From assembly GCA_965113315.1 (NCBI GenBank), contig OZ220376.1: a stretch of 64,000 nt of DNA; one strand, given 5' to 3'. Origin of the DNA: Podarcis vaucheri. Its lineage: Eukaryota. A program made the position numbers and the translations under genes. The notes beneath the pieces are model-generated. The model searched no databases, had not been told where the DNA came from, and saw only the letters and a list, made by a program, of their open reading frames with translations. Shown here in pieces: positions 1 through 21,656 of this stretch. Every line of letters begins with the position of its first letter. The first letter of the stretch is position 1.

Positions 1-319
1 CCTCCAGGCAAGTAGAGGGGAAAGCAGAGCGTCCGTCCTTCTATCCTCTCCCTGCTCCGGAGGAACAATGTTTGTGAAGGGAAGAGAGATTACAGGTTCG
101 GCTTAAAATTCTGATTTGACTTCCTGCTTTTTGTTTTTGGAGACACACAGCATTCAAATATGCTTTCTTCCATTTAAAGAGGGAGAGAGAGAGAGAGAGC
201 ACACGCTGGCTGGCTTGTGTGGGTGGGTGGGGGGAAACTTTTGCCTTCCTTTCCTCACGTTATAGCCCTCTCCTGCATTCTTAGCCTTCTGTGTTTTTCC
301 TTCCCTCCCCACTTAAAAT

Positions 320-990
320 GTGGTTACAAAGCATGGATCCACATGGATCCTCAGGATCTTTGCATTGGGTCACCCCAAATTCACCATCAGAGCACACAGC
401 ATGTCCATGGCTACAGCCTGCCCCCCCCCCCAAAAAAATCACGCACCCGCTGTTGCCTGGGGCTGCAATGGTGCAAAAACGTGGTTACAAAGCATGGATC
501 CACATGGATCCTCAGGATCTTTGCATTGGGTCAGCCAAAATTCACCATCAGAGCACATAGCATGTCCATGGCTACAGCCTGTCCCCCCCCCAAAAAAAAA
601 AATCACGCACCCACTGTTGCCTGGGGCTGCAATGGTGCAAAAACGTGGTTACAAAGCATGGATCCACATGGATCCTCAGGATCTTTGCATTGGGTCAGCC
701 AAAATTCCCCATCAGAGCACATAGCATGTCCATGACTACAGCCTGTCCCCCCCCCAAAAAAAAAACCACGCACCCACTGTTGCCTGGGGCTGCAATGGTG
801 CAAAAACGTGGTTAAAAAGTATGGGTCCACATGGATCCTCAGGATCTTTGCATTGGGTCAGCCAAAATTCACCATCAGAGCACATAGCATGTCGTGGTTA
901 CAAAGCATGGATCCACAGGGATTCTCAGGATTTTTGCATTGGGTCACCCCAAATTCACCATCAGATCACATGTCTGTGGCCACAGCATGA
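320..990. repeat. Tandem array of a ~161-164 bp unit (3 full copies plus 2 partial) inside a DNA-transposon relic
   Basis: Unit starts (GTGGTTACAAAGCATGGATCC, or a close variant) at 320, 481, 645, 808 and 894. Copies differ mainly in the length of the C-run and A-run. Confidence 0.95.
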
Positions 991-1039
991 AGCACAAAAA
1001 TGATACGTCCACTGTTTCATTCAGAATATTTTTTCCCTT

Positions 1040-1105
1040 GTTTTCCTCCTCTAAAAACGATGTGCGTGTTATGGTCAGGTGCGTGTTATAGAGCGAAAAA
1101 TACGG
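1040..1105. mobile_element. Right end of a non-autonomous Tc1/mariner-superfamily (Tc2/pogo-like) element; left end probably outside the window
   Basis: ...GCGTGTTATAGAGCGAAAAATACGG followed by TA. Same terminal type as the complete elements at 50956-51118 and 57035-57595. Confidence 0.7.
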
Positions 1106-2401
1106 TATATTTATCAAAGACAGATGTTTTTAAATGTGCTAGCAGTTTTACATAACTAGATGGATTTTAAAAATGACTCTCCACTCCCCCCGCCCCGGGA
1201 GGGTGGTGGTGGGGAGGTTTGTTGCCTGTTTGCACCAGATGATGTAGCAGCTTTGTGGCTGCTTCAGTTTTCTGAAAAAATGCCTTTTCACACACACCCG
1301 ATGCAGGTGGACATTGCAAAACGGTTTGAGAATAGGCTTCTCCTTGATCAGGAGATGGTGTCTTCCAGACTTGTTCCTGGAGGGCACAGAGGCCTCCTTC
1401 CCACCCTCCAGGCCTGCCATGCCCAGTGCCTGAGCTATAGCATTTTTTATTTTTTTTAAATAGTTCATTCCTCCTCTTTTTCCCTCTTGGCCTAATTAGT
1501 GAGCAAAGAGATCTCCAGCAGTGATTCTAAGGAATAGTCCTATTATCAATTATTGATCCTAGATTGGAGTAAGAGTTTAGTTATTATTTTCATCTTTTTT
1601 GCCCAATTTGGTTCTTAGAGCTTTTTTAATGTGCTGAAATAATCTTAAGGGAGCATATGGGGGGCGGGGAGCAAAGTGGACGGTGCAAATGCTTATAACT
1701 TGCATAGGAAAAATAACTCCTAAAGCTTAATCTATTCACTGCCAACTTATTCTCTATTTAGCCTGCTATCAGAAAGTATGCAAGCATCAAGCAGCTGGGG
1801 TATAATTGCTGGGGCATAATATGGCTTGCTGTTCTCTTTCCATCTGCTGCCAAATGCAACATTCACAGTCCTTCCTGTGTGCTCCATCCTCATTTCTTGG
1901 AAATGAGTTGAAGAGTCAGTGCAGAGGCATTTCCAGAATAATTTATTTCAGCAAAATGGCATGTGTACATCCTTACATGGGAAAACCATTTTTTTTTCTT
2001 ATTTGGCAGCATTAAAGAAAAATGTGCACTTAAATTACTGAAAACAAAATTAGAATGTCCAACAGGGATGGCATCCATGCTTTTACCAGTGAGGAAATCA
2101 GTTTTGGAGAAGTATCAATGCATGGAATAGGGTTCCTTCCCACCCTGTGCAAAATAGAGAACCCTTCACTATAGCAGCTTGATAGCTTCCCCTTCTGCTG
2201 AGCATCACAAAAAAATGATGGCATGTGTTACTTGAGAAATGACTGCTGGGTATGATTTGCCCATCTCAGAGGTCCAAACTGGGCAAGATGTATGAACGCT
2301 ACAGGCCAAGCCTCTGTACGCTGACCAGGTGTGTCCTAGGAGGCGCAGCTGAGAATTTATTCTCTCTCTTTCTCTCCCCGCCCCTCCTCTGGCTCCCACA
2401 G

Positions 2402-2515
2402 GATCTGTTGCAGCTCCAGTATGAAGGTGTGGCTGTCATGAAGTTGTTTGACCGAGCAAAAGTGAATGTCAATCTCCTCATTTTTCTCCTAAACAAGAAG
2501 TTCTATGGGAAGTAA
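2402..2515 (+). CDS. Terminal coding exon of an unidentified gene (DLLQLQYEGVAVMKLFDRAKVNVNLLIFLLNKKFYGK*)
   Basis: Long pyrimidine tract ending CCCACAG at 2401, then 37 protein-like codons and TAA at 2513-2515. ATTAAA at 2712-2717 is followed by a GT-rich tract. Upstream exons were not found in the window. Confidence 0.7.
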   Translation, partial: DLLQLQYEGVAVMKLFDRAKVNVNLLIFLLNKKFYGK

Positions 2516-3770
2516 CTCTTGTTACTTGGAAGTCTGTGGAAAAGGAGCTATGAGTTTCTTTCTGTGAGCTGCTTCACCCACCAGTGGCTCCCAAAACGAG
2601 CAGCTCTCTTCCCACATTGCCAACTTCGGCTGGTTCCAGATCTTTGCACCCATCCTGACGTATGGCTGCACCGCCTCCTGCATATTGTTTCCCATGTACT
2701 CAACACCCAGAATTAAACCATTATTAGCCTGAGTGGTTTGTTTGTTGTCTTTGGGGGTGTTTAGTCCAAGTCTTGGACTTTCCCTCCTCTTCTACCCCCC
2801 CCCCCAATCTATTGTAGTGTAGTTTGATATTCCTGTAGCATTATGGTGGCTACTAAGGTGACCAAACCACCAAGACAGCACCTGGAGGCACTTCTGCTCT
2901 GGCCATGGGCCATCTCATGTGATCAAGTAGGTGGTTCTTGGTAGGAAGGCAAGATGGGCAATTTTGAGCCTCGTCAAGGTGGATAAACAGATCTGGCCTA
3001 TGGAGCAGCAGTCTCCGTGCCCAGTGTCCCGCTGAAATGAATGAAAGCGGTTGCAGAAATCAAGTACGTTGTTTCTTGCTTTAGCAGCCTAGTAGAAACA
3101 ATCAAAAATATATCATAAAGCAGTGGAGGGGCCTGCTGAATTAATAGGAGTAAAATTAAGCATAGGGGGATAGTTCTGCTTGAAGTTTTCTTCATAGTGC
3201 ATGCCTGCAACACTGACTGGTCATTTGTAATGTTCCTTTGGGATAAATCCTGTATTGGGTCCCTCCGCCTATACTGTGGTCTCTATGCACTTTTGTTAAA
3301 TAAAATTCTAAGGACTGGAATTTATTGGATGGATCCTCTTTTGGCCCAAGACACCACACAGTACTTAAGACTGCTGCTCTCACTTGCAGCATTCTCTGTT
3401 ACGAAGCAATAAGACACAAAGCTCAAAAAGGCTGCCACAGCTTCAACTTGCCTTCACTCCAAAAGAGAGTCCTGAGTTGGCAGCAGAGGCTCCTGCTGAA
3501 AAGACTGTCCTATATTTAACAGTTTCTGCTCTTCCCTGTGGGGTACAGAAGACGGATAGGAAACTTGTGACATTCTATATGCTTCTTGTTCAATCCCAGT
3601 TCCCTTCAGGTCCAGTTAGCGTGGCCTATGCTGAAAGATGGAAGCTATACTCCAGCCTCATCTGAGGGGTCACAGGTTCCATATCCCAAGTACAACCACA
3701 CAATGTGGATTAAATTCTAATTGCTGTGAAAACCCCAAATGCTGAGCGAGTTGTCCAGGGGGATTTTTCC

Positions 3771-9192
<5,422 letters not shown>

Positions 9193-9294
9193 CTTCGTTT
9201 CTCCGGCGAGACCCGGAAGCGCCTGCAGGGGTTGCTCTTCCGGGGCGCCAGGGAGCCGCTCTACCCGCCTCTTCTCCCCTTGGTACACGAGGAG

Positions 9295-12200
9295 ATGGGG
9301 CGGAAGCGGCAGCAGCAGCAGCAACGGCGGCAGCGGCAGCGGCAGCCCCGGCCGGGACCCCCTCTCGAGGCCTTCGCGGAGGCGGAGGATGAGGAAGGCC
9401 CCGGCGGCGACTCCGGCCCCATCTCGGGCGGGGACCCGCTCCGCGGCCACTCTTCCTCCTCCCCCGTCAAGGGCGCGGCGGCGGGGTCGTCCTCGCCGTC
9501 GTCGGCCGAGCCGGAGCCGGGTAGCGGCAGCGTCCGGGGATGCGGCGAGGTCCGGGCATCGCCTTCTCCCCCGCTGGCCATGTGGGACTTGGGCCACTGC
9601 GACCCGCGGCGCTGCACGGGGCGGCGGCTGGCGAGGAAGGGGCTGGTGCGGACGCTGCGCCTGGGGCAGCGCTTCGGAGGCGTCATCCTCAGCCCCGCCG
9701 CCACCCGCTTCGTCTCCCCCGCAGACAGGTGAGCGGGGCCGGCGGAGCTAGGAAGGTGTTAGAAGGAAAATCTGCTCCCTTTTCCCTTATGGGGTATCCA
9801 AGAGCCCGTAGAGAGTCCTTATGTAGGTTCTCTATCGGTAGGAGAAAATAACAGAGAATATTGAGAAGCAAAGCAGCTAGTAAGCCGGATCTTTATTGAA
9901 CTGTTGCAACAGGGTGCTCACTCAACACATTCAGGAGCGAGGAGCAACCCAGAACATTTGTGTGCAAGCAGTTATATAGACTTTTGAAATAGCCTACCCT
10001 GTAGCTCAAGACCACCCCCCAAAACATCATACATACATCACAGAAAGAGGTGGTCCCCCGCATAAATTTGTTGTGTGTGTTGCTTCTCTCCTGTCAGCCA
10101 GGATACCTGATAATGCTTTATATGATTGCCTTTTCTGGATAGCCTGGCCATTCCTTTGAGATGGTAAATACTTAGTTCCTGAATCTCTTACGCATATTGA
10201 TAGTGTTAAAAGAAAATATGGAACATGTATTAATATCAATAAAGGTCAAGCCCTTACTTCCTTTTTAGATACTTGCCAGATTGTATTTACAGGCATCTAG
10301 AGGAAAGGGGTAGCTAGCAAAGACAGGAGGAGGGTTTCTGCCCGTTTGAGGGGAAAAGGCAGGACCTTTCATCATGCTATACTATACTCAGGGCCACTCA
10401 ACGGTAATGTTGGGCAGACAAAATAAAGCAGCTCTTCACACAGCTGGTAATAAACTCTGGAATTTGCTCACTGAGAGGCAGTGATCGCCATCAACTTGAA
10501 TGAATTTCACTGAGGATTAGACAGATTCATGACAAGCCTATCAGTGGCTTCTAGCCATAATTGTTTTGTTCTGCCTCTATTGCTGTCTCTGAATGAGTGC
10601 TGTGTTCATGCCCTGCTTGCAGGCTTCCCTCAGGCATCTGTAAGAACAGGCTGGTCCAGCTACAGGGCTGCTTTCTTCTTAGTGCTCATGTGTAGGGCCA
10701 GTATGTGGAGCCTGTAAGACTGATACTTCAGGGTTGAGGTGCGTTCCCAGCCAGTGTTCTTTTGGGGCTGTGTTCAAGTGGATGCTTCCACAAGCTAGTG
10801 AGCTGATGAAACTTCACACCTTAGGATCGATGTAACGTTGCTGAGTCCTTGGTTATTCAGATTTGTTCAGATTTGGCCACATCCAGTGTCTTCGCATGAG
10901 AAGTCTGACTTGGTGGTCTTGAGCAACTCACATCTGCTATCCTAAGTGGATCCCAAAGCAGCTCCAATGGGGTGAGAAACCAGCAACATCCTGGTTTGAA
11001 ATTGCTGTTGCTGTGTTTTTAGACAGATTGTGGCTCAGAATGGAATTGCGGTGATTGACTGCTCTTGGGCAAAGCTGGATGAGACGCCATTTGCCAAGAT
11101 GAAGGGAAGCCATCTCCGCCTGCTGCCCTTTCTGGTGGCTGCAAATCCAGTGAACTACGGCCGGCCATGCAAACTCTCCTGTGTGGAAGCATTTGCAGCT
11201 ACTTTCTACATTGTGGGTGAGGCTGGAAGAAAAGCTTGTAGGTCTAATTCTTTGCTGTAAAGTGGACTGTATGAACACATGCCTGTCTGTGTGCAGCCAC
11301 GCCTTAGTGTCAAACATATTTCCTTGATGACTGGGACAAGTTTGAAAATGTTCTGTGGGTCTGTGGGATCTGCTGAGGAATCTGGGGTCTGTTCTCTCCA
11401 CATTCCCTCCCTTCTTTTGAGCACTGCTAGGCTTACAGCAAGGTGTATGCGAATGTACACATTGCTCAATTACTTTTTAATAGCGACTTCTGTCTTTATT
11501 TTGAGCTACCTGCCTCTGTCCCAACTAACTGATTAATTGGAGAATGTGGCAAGATTTCTGAGTGATGCTATAAAATTGTCACCATAGGTCTTAACGTACC
11601 TCACAATGTCTGGTCTGGACAGTTTTATCCTAAAGTACCTCTTAATATGTTTCATTAACTGTGTTGTATTTTGATCCATGTATACAATGCACTTTTTATG
11701 CCAATGAAGTCTGATAGATAGATACTGATAGATAGATAGATAGATAGATAAAAACTTATTTCACAATGTCACCAGCAACTAGGAGGTATGAGGCTGGACA
11801 GCTTCTTTGCCTGCAAAGTACCTTGTAATTTTTTTTAAAATGCAGACTTTCTTGTCTTTATTTTAGGATTCTCTGATCTTGCCATAATCCTCTTACAAAA
11901 ATTTAAATGGGGAAAAGTGTTCCTTGATTTGAATAAAGACCTCCTGGAGAAATATGCAGCCTGTAATTGTGAAGAGGAAGTACTGAAAGTTGAACAAGAG
12001 TTTCTGGCTCATGCCCAAGAAAAAGAAAAAGAAGAAATAGGTAAGAACCTACTGATTTTTACTTCTGAGGACCTTTGAGTCTTCTTAAACAATGCCTTGA
12101 CATTGCCCTTGTCTACCCTGCACCTCCATGGTCAGGAAATCAAGTGGTGCTCAGTCAGAAAGCTGCTCCATTCTTCTGGGATGAACATATGGGATCAGTC

Positions 12201-13616
12201 AGCCACATAACTTGGGTGCCCCCTAGGAGCATGGGGAATCCCCAGCATAGAACTATACTACATCACCAACCAAGTGTCCCACATAATTCCATACATTCTA
12301 GAAGACAAGACAAAATGAGTACACCTGGAGAGAGACATAATTGAAAATACCTCCACCACAGCTTACCCATTCCTCCCCAAAAAACTAAGGAAAATCCCCA
12401 CCACACTAAACAGGTTCACACAGACCATGCTTAAAGCATGGAAGGAAGAAGCAGGTAAACTGTCCTCAACCCCATCCCCACTAATCCCCCTGGCACACCC
12501 CACCACTATTGCACCACGCAGCACAAAACCTCTAGATAAAAACCTGGCAAGCCAAAGGCTTATACCGCCTAGCAGACTTCTACAAAAATAACAAACCCAT
12601 ATCAACACAAGAAATACAAGACAAACTAGGGGGCACCGAAATGCCCTGGGCTAACACACCACCAAGTACATGCCCTTTTAAAGAATCCTGTAGTAAAATA
12701 AGCAGCGACTGGGCCCTTGACAACCTTCAAAAACCTCCTAACAGCAAAGGGCTGGTATCTACAAAATACTGCTCCAAAATCCCACAAACCCCCTCAATGT
12801 AATCAGAAAACAATGGTTCAATATTTGTTGTTGGAAAAGTGAAATTCAAGTATTAAATCACCTCAACTCAACATTTAGAGCTTTGTCATGGCAACACTAA
12901 CACCTTGAGTTAGGCCTAGTAGCTCACTGTCAGCCAGTGATACTGGTTTCCTTGATGCAGTAATTATTGTCAATATAGACTAAAGTCTCTGCCCATCTCC
13001 CCTGCCTTCAATGACTACTACACCAGCTGGACTAACAAACCAACCCCACACTCCCAAGTTATCTACCATCAACTGCCTGTGGCAATTATTATTGGCATTG
13101 TACTGGTAAATTATTGCATATTGATTTTACTTTTAAGTCATCTTGGAATGATTTGCATTCTGAAAGATGGGATGTAACTGCATACATATGGTTCTAGAGA
13201 AGAAGAAAAAACTTGGAACAATAGCTTACCATTCTGCTTTTTTCTCTCCACAGACCCCTTTGATATTGACTCTGGAAAAGAATTTTTTAATCCCAACAGG
13301 CCTGCCAGAGCTTCAGGGTAAGAGCTTCAGGTTTGCAATCCTAAACCCACCAGGGAACAAGTCCATTGAATTTAGTGGGGCTTACTTCTGAGTTGACATA
13401 GCAGTAGTGTCTCATTTTCCTTTTCCTTCTTGATCACTGATCTCTGTTCATAGAATAACTGCTGGTGATGAAAGTTCCGATGAAGAAACATCTGATGAGG
13501 ATGAGGATGATGCTGGAAAGAGTAGCAGCTCAGAGGACCTGAATGCAACATGTGCTGCACACAGCAAGCCAGCTGTGTGGGAGAAAACTAAAAATAAACC
13601 AAGGTTCCAATCCTGA
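9295..13616 (+). CDS. TSR3: 18S rRNA aminocarboxypropyltransferase
   Basis: Exons 9295-9728, 11023-11216, 11867-12040, 13254-13317, 13454-13616; GT-AG introns, continuous frame. Motifs: [69 protein letters not shown], then an acidic C-terminus. AATAAA at 13671-13676. Confidence 0.97.
9757..10380 (-). mobile_element. LTR-like insertion in TSR3 intron 1
   Basis: CpG-island composition ends abruptly at TGTTAG (9757). Minus-strand TATATAA (9972-9978) is followed ~75 nt later by AATAAA (9892-9897), the U3-R layout of an LTR. The right boundary and target-site duplication were not resolved. Confidence 0.45.
10405..10690 (+). mobile_element. Degenerate CR1-like LINE 3' fragment
   Basis: CTTCACACAGC...AAACTCTGGAATTTGCTC...GGATTAGACAGATTCATG; similar to the copy at 37585-37840. 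Confidence 0.6.
11714..11750. repeat. (GATA)n microsatellite
   Basis: Interrupted GATA run seen directly. Confidence 0.9.
12200..13130 (+). mobile_element. L1-clade LINE ORF2 3' remnant
   Basis: A/C-rich strand. It translates to a broken frame [14 protein letters not shown]...K*VHLERDI...YPFLPKK...MLKAWKEE...SPLIPL, resembling the region after the RT domain in vertebrate L1 ORF2. Boundaries are approximate. Confidence 0.65.
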
Positions 13617-14779
13617 GCATTCTTACAAGGAAGTAAGTCCCATTGAACTCAGTGATGGGGTTTGCTTTTAAATAAAGCCTGTCTAGGATTGGGCTTGACT
13701 GCACTCTGCTCTGGTGACCCCAGTGGGTTAAGAATATATACAAAGTTGGTTGAGAACCTTCTGTCGATAGCAGTCCCGACTTACTGCTAGCAAATGGGGC
13801 CTCACCGTCTCTCTTCTGTTGTAGTGGCCATATGCTGCAACTGTGGCACGCTTTTAAATCACCATTTCAGCTAGTTTCTACTAGCAGACTATGTTGTGAT
13901 GTTGGAAGGAAATAAACTGGGAGAGGTTCCCTGAAAGTAACGCCTCCACCTCTCAATGCAGTACCTCTCCTGATACCCAAGAGAGGCTGTGGCCTGGTGG
14001 CTGGGAATGCAGATGCTGAATGAGAAGCTCCAGCTGAGATGGGCAGGCACCCTGACCCTTCTTATACTGCTGAGGGTGAAGAACACAAGGGACTACCTTG
14101 CTGGAGCAAGGCTGGACTCCACACCCCCCCCTCCAGTGTAGCTTTCAACAGGGGCTAATGAGCTGCCTCTGGGGGATCAGATGGTAGCAAAACAAAGGTG
14201 GCTGAAATTGCAGTGTTACAAAAGCACCCCAAGCCCATTGCAGCATTTAACCTGTGTCACTTGTGCCTTGATGCAAAAAAAATTCCTCACTTTGCAGGCA
14301 AGAGGAAAGATGAAACTGCACTCTAAGCTTCCTTAGGTCACCAGTGGGTTGTGGGACAGTAGCCAATGAGAATATCACCAGGATAATGAAGCTACTGGGT
14401 CTGAAACATGCATTTTCAACCTCTATTGTCCAGCTAAAAGGATGCTTTGATGTGAAGGAAGGAAATCCTTATATGGCAATGTTGAAAAGCATACCCCTGC
14501 CCCCAACATGTATATTCATGGGAGTGGAATAAACACTAATGTACCAAACTTTGGTTAGTTTGTCCTTTCATCCTATTAAGCCAAGCAGCCAAATGATGCG
14601 CTATGGAACTAACTACCGGTGGCTTTTCAAGATCTCACACAGATTTTTTTTAACTCCTGCCTGGAATGACCATGGCATATCTCTCCCAAAGCTATTGAAT
14701 GCCTGCAAGAGAGGTCACTCCAAAAGTGACAAGTATATTAAAGGAAGAAAGTGAGACAAAAAAGCTTTATAGAAACAAG

Positions 14780-14785
14780 TTTATT
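14780..14785 (-). terminator. Polyadenylation signal of UBE2I
   Basis: AATAAA on the minus strand at the end of a U-rich 3' UTR, followed by a U/GU-rich tract. Confidence 0.65.
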
Positions 14786-15347
14786 TACTCTAAACAGCAA
14801 CACAGACAAAACGCCATAAACACAAAGGAAGTGATGCAGAATCAAGATGCTGGCTGACTTTGGATCTGGAGGCTTTTAAGCAACAACAACCTAATTTATT
14901 ATTGGTAGAAATCAAAAAAGGGGGTGGAGGGCATGTTTTTTTCTTTTCTTCTTACAGCCAAGTAGAGGCAAAATATACTTCTAAACAGTTTAAAGCATGC
15001 CTGCATCAGAAAGCAAAGAAACTAGAGATACTAGTGAATTTATAGAAGTATAAAAGTTTATAGTTTTACAGCAGTTGAAATACTGACATCAATATTAAAA
15101 TAAAAGCAAGTTTTACATAACAATCAAAAATACAAAAGACTGAAGGAAGAGACCCTGTATGAAAAAACGGGGGGCAATTCAGCAAATTTAGAACTGTATA
15201 CAAGTGGCGAATATGGAAAATGGCACACATACAATCCCCTCCCCTAAGTGACTATTAATTGTACATAGTGACAATAGATTTGCAAAAGTTTTGTAAACAA
15301 GTTCTTGCCAATTAATCCCTTCCTTTAAGATGCTGGATGACAGGAGC

Positions 15348-20306
<4,959 letters not shown>

Positions 20307-20319
20307 TCAGGGCAGCTGA

Positions 20320-21620
20320 AGTTTTCCGCATCGCCGCCACCTAATGGGCCGCAAAAAACCGTCTTGGGGCGACTTTGCCACCACAGCCCCGGAAACTGTC
20401 AGCTTTCCCGACGAGGCGGGAGAGGGAGGGGGAAGAGAAAGAAGGATCCCAGGACCCTGAGCCTCTCCCCCCTTCCCCGGGCGCTGCTGCTTCCCGCCGG
20501 CCGCCGCCTCCTCCCTCCCCAAGTCCAGCAACCGGGCGGGCGGGGGGAGGAGGTCGGAGAAGTACCGCGGCCTAGGAGTCCCGTGCGAGCCCTAGGAGCA
20601 TCGCCGCCGCCGCAGGAAGGCCCGGCCCGGCCCCGGAGCAACCAGCCCCGCCTCGGCGGAACCCGGCTATGGGCCCGGCCCGGCCTTCTCCTCGCCCCGG
20701 AGGCGGAGCGCGAGCAGCCAGGCCTGACCTTGAAGGACCAGCGGGAGCCCCGGGAGGAGGCCGAGAAGGCGGCCGCTCCGCGGGCTGAGAGGCCTCCGCC
20801 GCGCGTTTCCCTCTCCGCCTCAGCGCTGCCTCTAGGCCCAGTCCGCCGCCACCGCCTCCTCCGCTTCCCGCTCCTGCCCGCGGCCTCTTCCTAGGCGTCC
20901 TCCCGCCAAAGGCCTCACCGTATAGCGGCCGCAGCAGCAGCTCCCGCGCGTGTCCCGGATTCAGGCGACGGCGGCGGCGGCGAATGACCCGGATGTTCCC
21001 TACTCGCCTCCCCCCCTTTTGTCTCAAGCCTGGACTTTCCCTCGCAGGAAGCGGAGCGCGTCGACGCAGCCTGTCCCTCGGCGCGACCCGTCCGCCAAAC
21101 GGCGCCTGCGCGGTGCGCGCGCACTTCAGCGCCACAGCCAGGCCTGGAAGCTCAGAGCAGGCCGACTCTGCGCGGGTAGAGAAGTAGATTCCGCCCAGGG
21201 GCGGAGCAAATTCCCCGCCAATCCACGGAGCTGGGCAGCCGGTGATCCCACCTCTGGGGGTGGGGCTGGTTGCCATGATGACGGGAGTCGCTCTGAGAAC
21301 CCGGATGGGGCTCGACTGCCCCTCCCCTTCCTCCCCATTGGAGCTTGGCTGGGAAGCTCCGCCCCCACAGTGGGCCACATGTGGAGAACACCGGGGAAAT
21401 CCTGACAGATGGGGGAGGATAATAATAAAATATGTAATAAATGTAGTAGTAGTAATGCTGCGAGGCCAAGATGCGACCCTCCCTGCGCGAGCAGAGCCGA
21501 AGAACGGCGGGTGGGTTGGCTGGAGCAGCGAGGTTGGAAGCCGAACTCCAGCTGCGCCCTGAAGAGGCTGGGACACCGCTCCGATACCGCCCTGCAAGCG
21601 CAGCCCCAGAAACCAAGACC
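20320..21620 (-). promoter_or_regulatory. CpG island / promoter and non-coding first exon of UBE2I
   Basis: High CpG density; donor ACG|GTGAGG at 20918/20919; GC box near 21198-21204 and CCAAT at 21218-21222. Confidence 0.88.
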
Positions 21621-21650
21621 CACAACGGCAGCTTTGTTAGAAAGGAGACG

Positions 21651-21656
21651 TTTATT
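21651..21656 (-). terminator. Likely distal polyadenylation signal of KCTD5
   Basis: Minus-strand AATAAA followed by GU-rich GTTGTGGGTCTTGGTTTCTG. Confidence 0.55.

Noticed and set aside
1-13. CAG|GCAAGT, a possible GC-AG donor for the exon at 2402
   Set aside because: It is at the window edge and probably inside the transposon whose left end lies beyond the window; it cannot be supported.
320-990. CRISPR-like regularly spaced repeats
   Set aside because: Entire units are repeated with no unique spacers, there are no cas genes, and the context is vertebrate.
217-1091. Overlapping repetitive ORFs of up to 172 aa
   Set aside because: They are translations of the 161-164 bp tandem repeat, with frames shifting at homopolymer runs; no protein signature.
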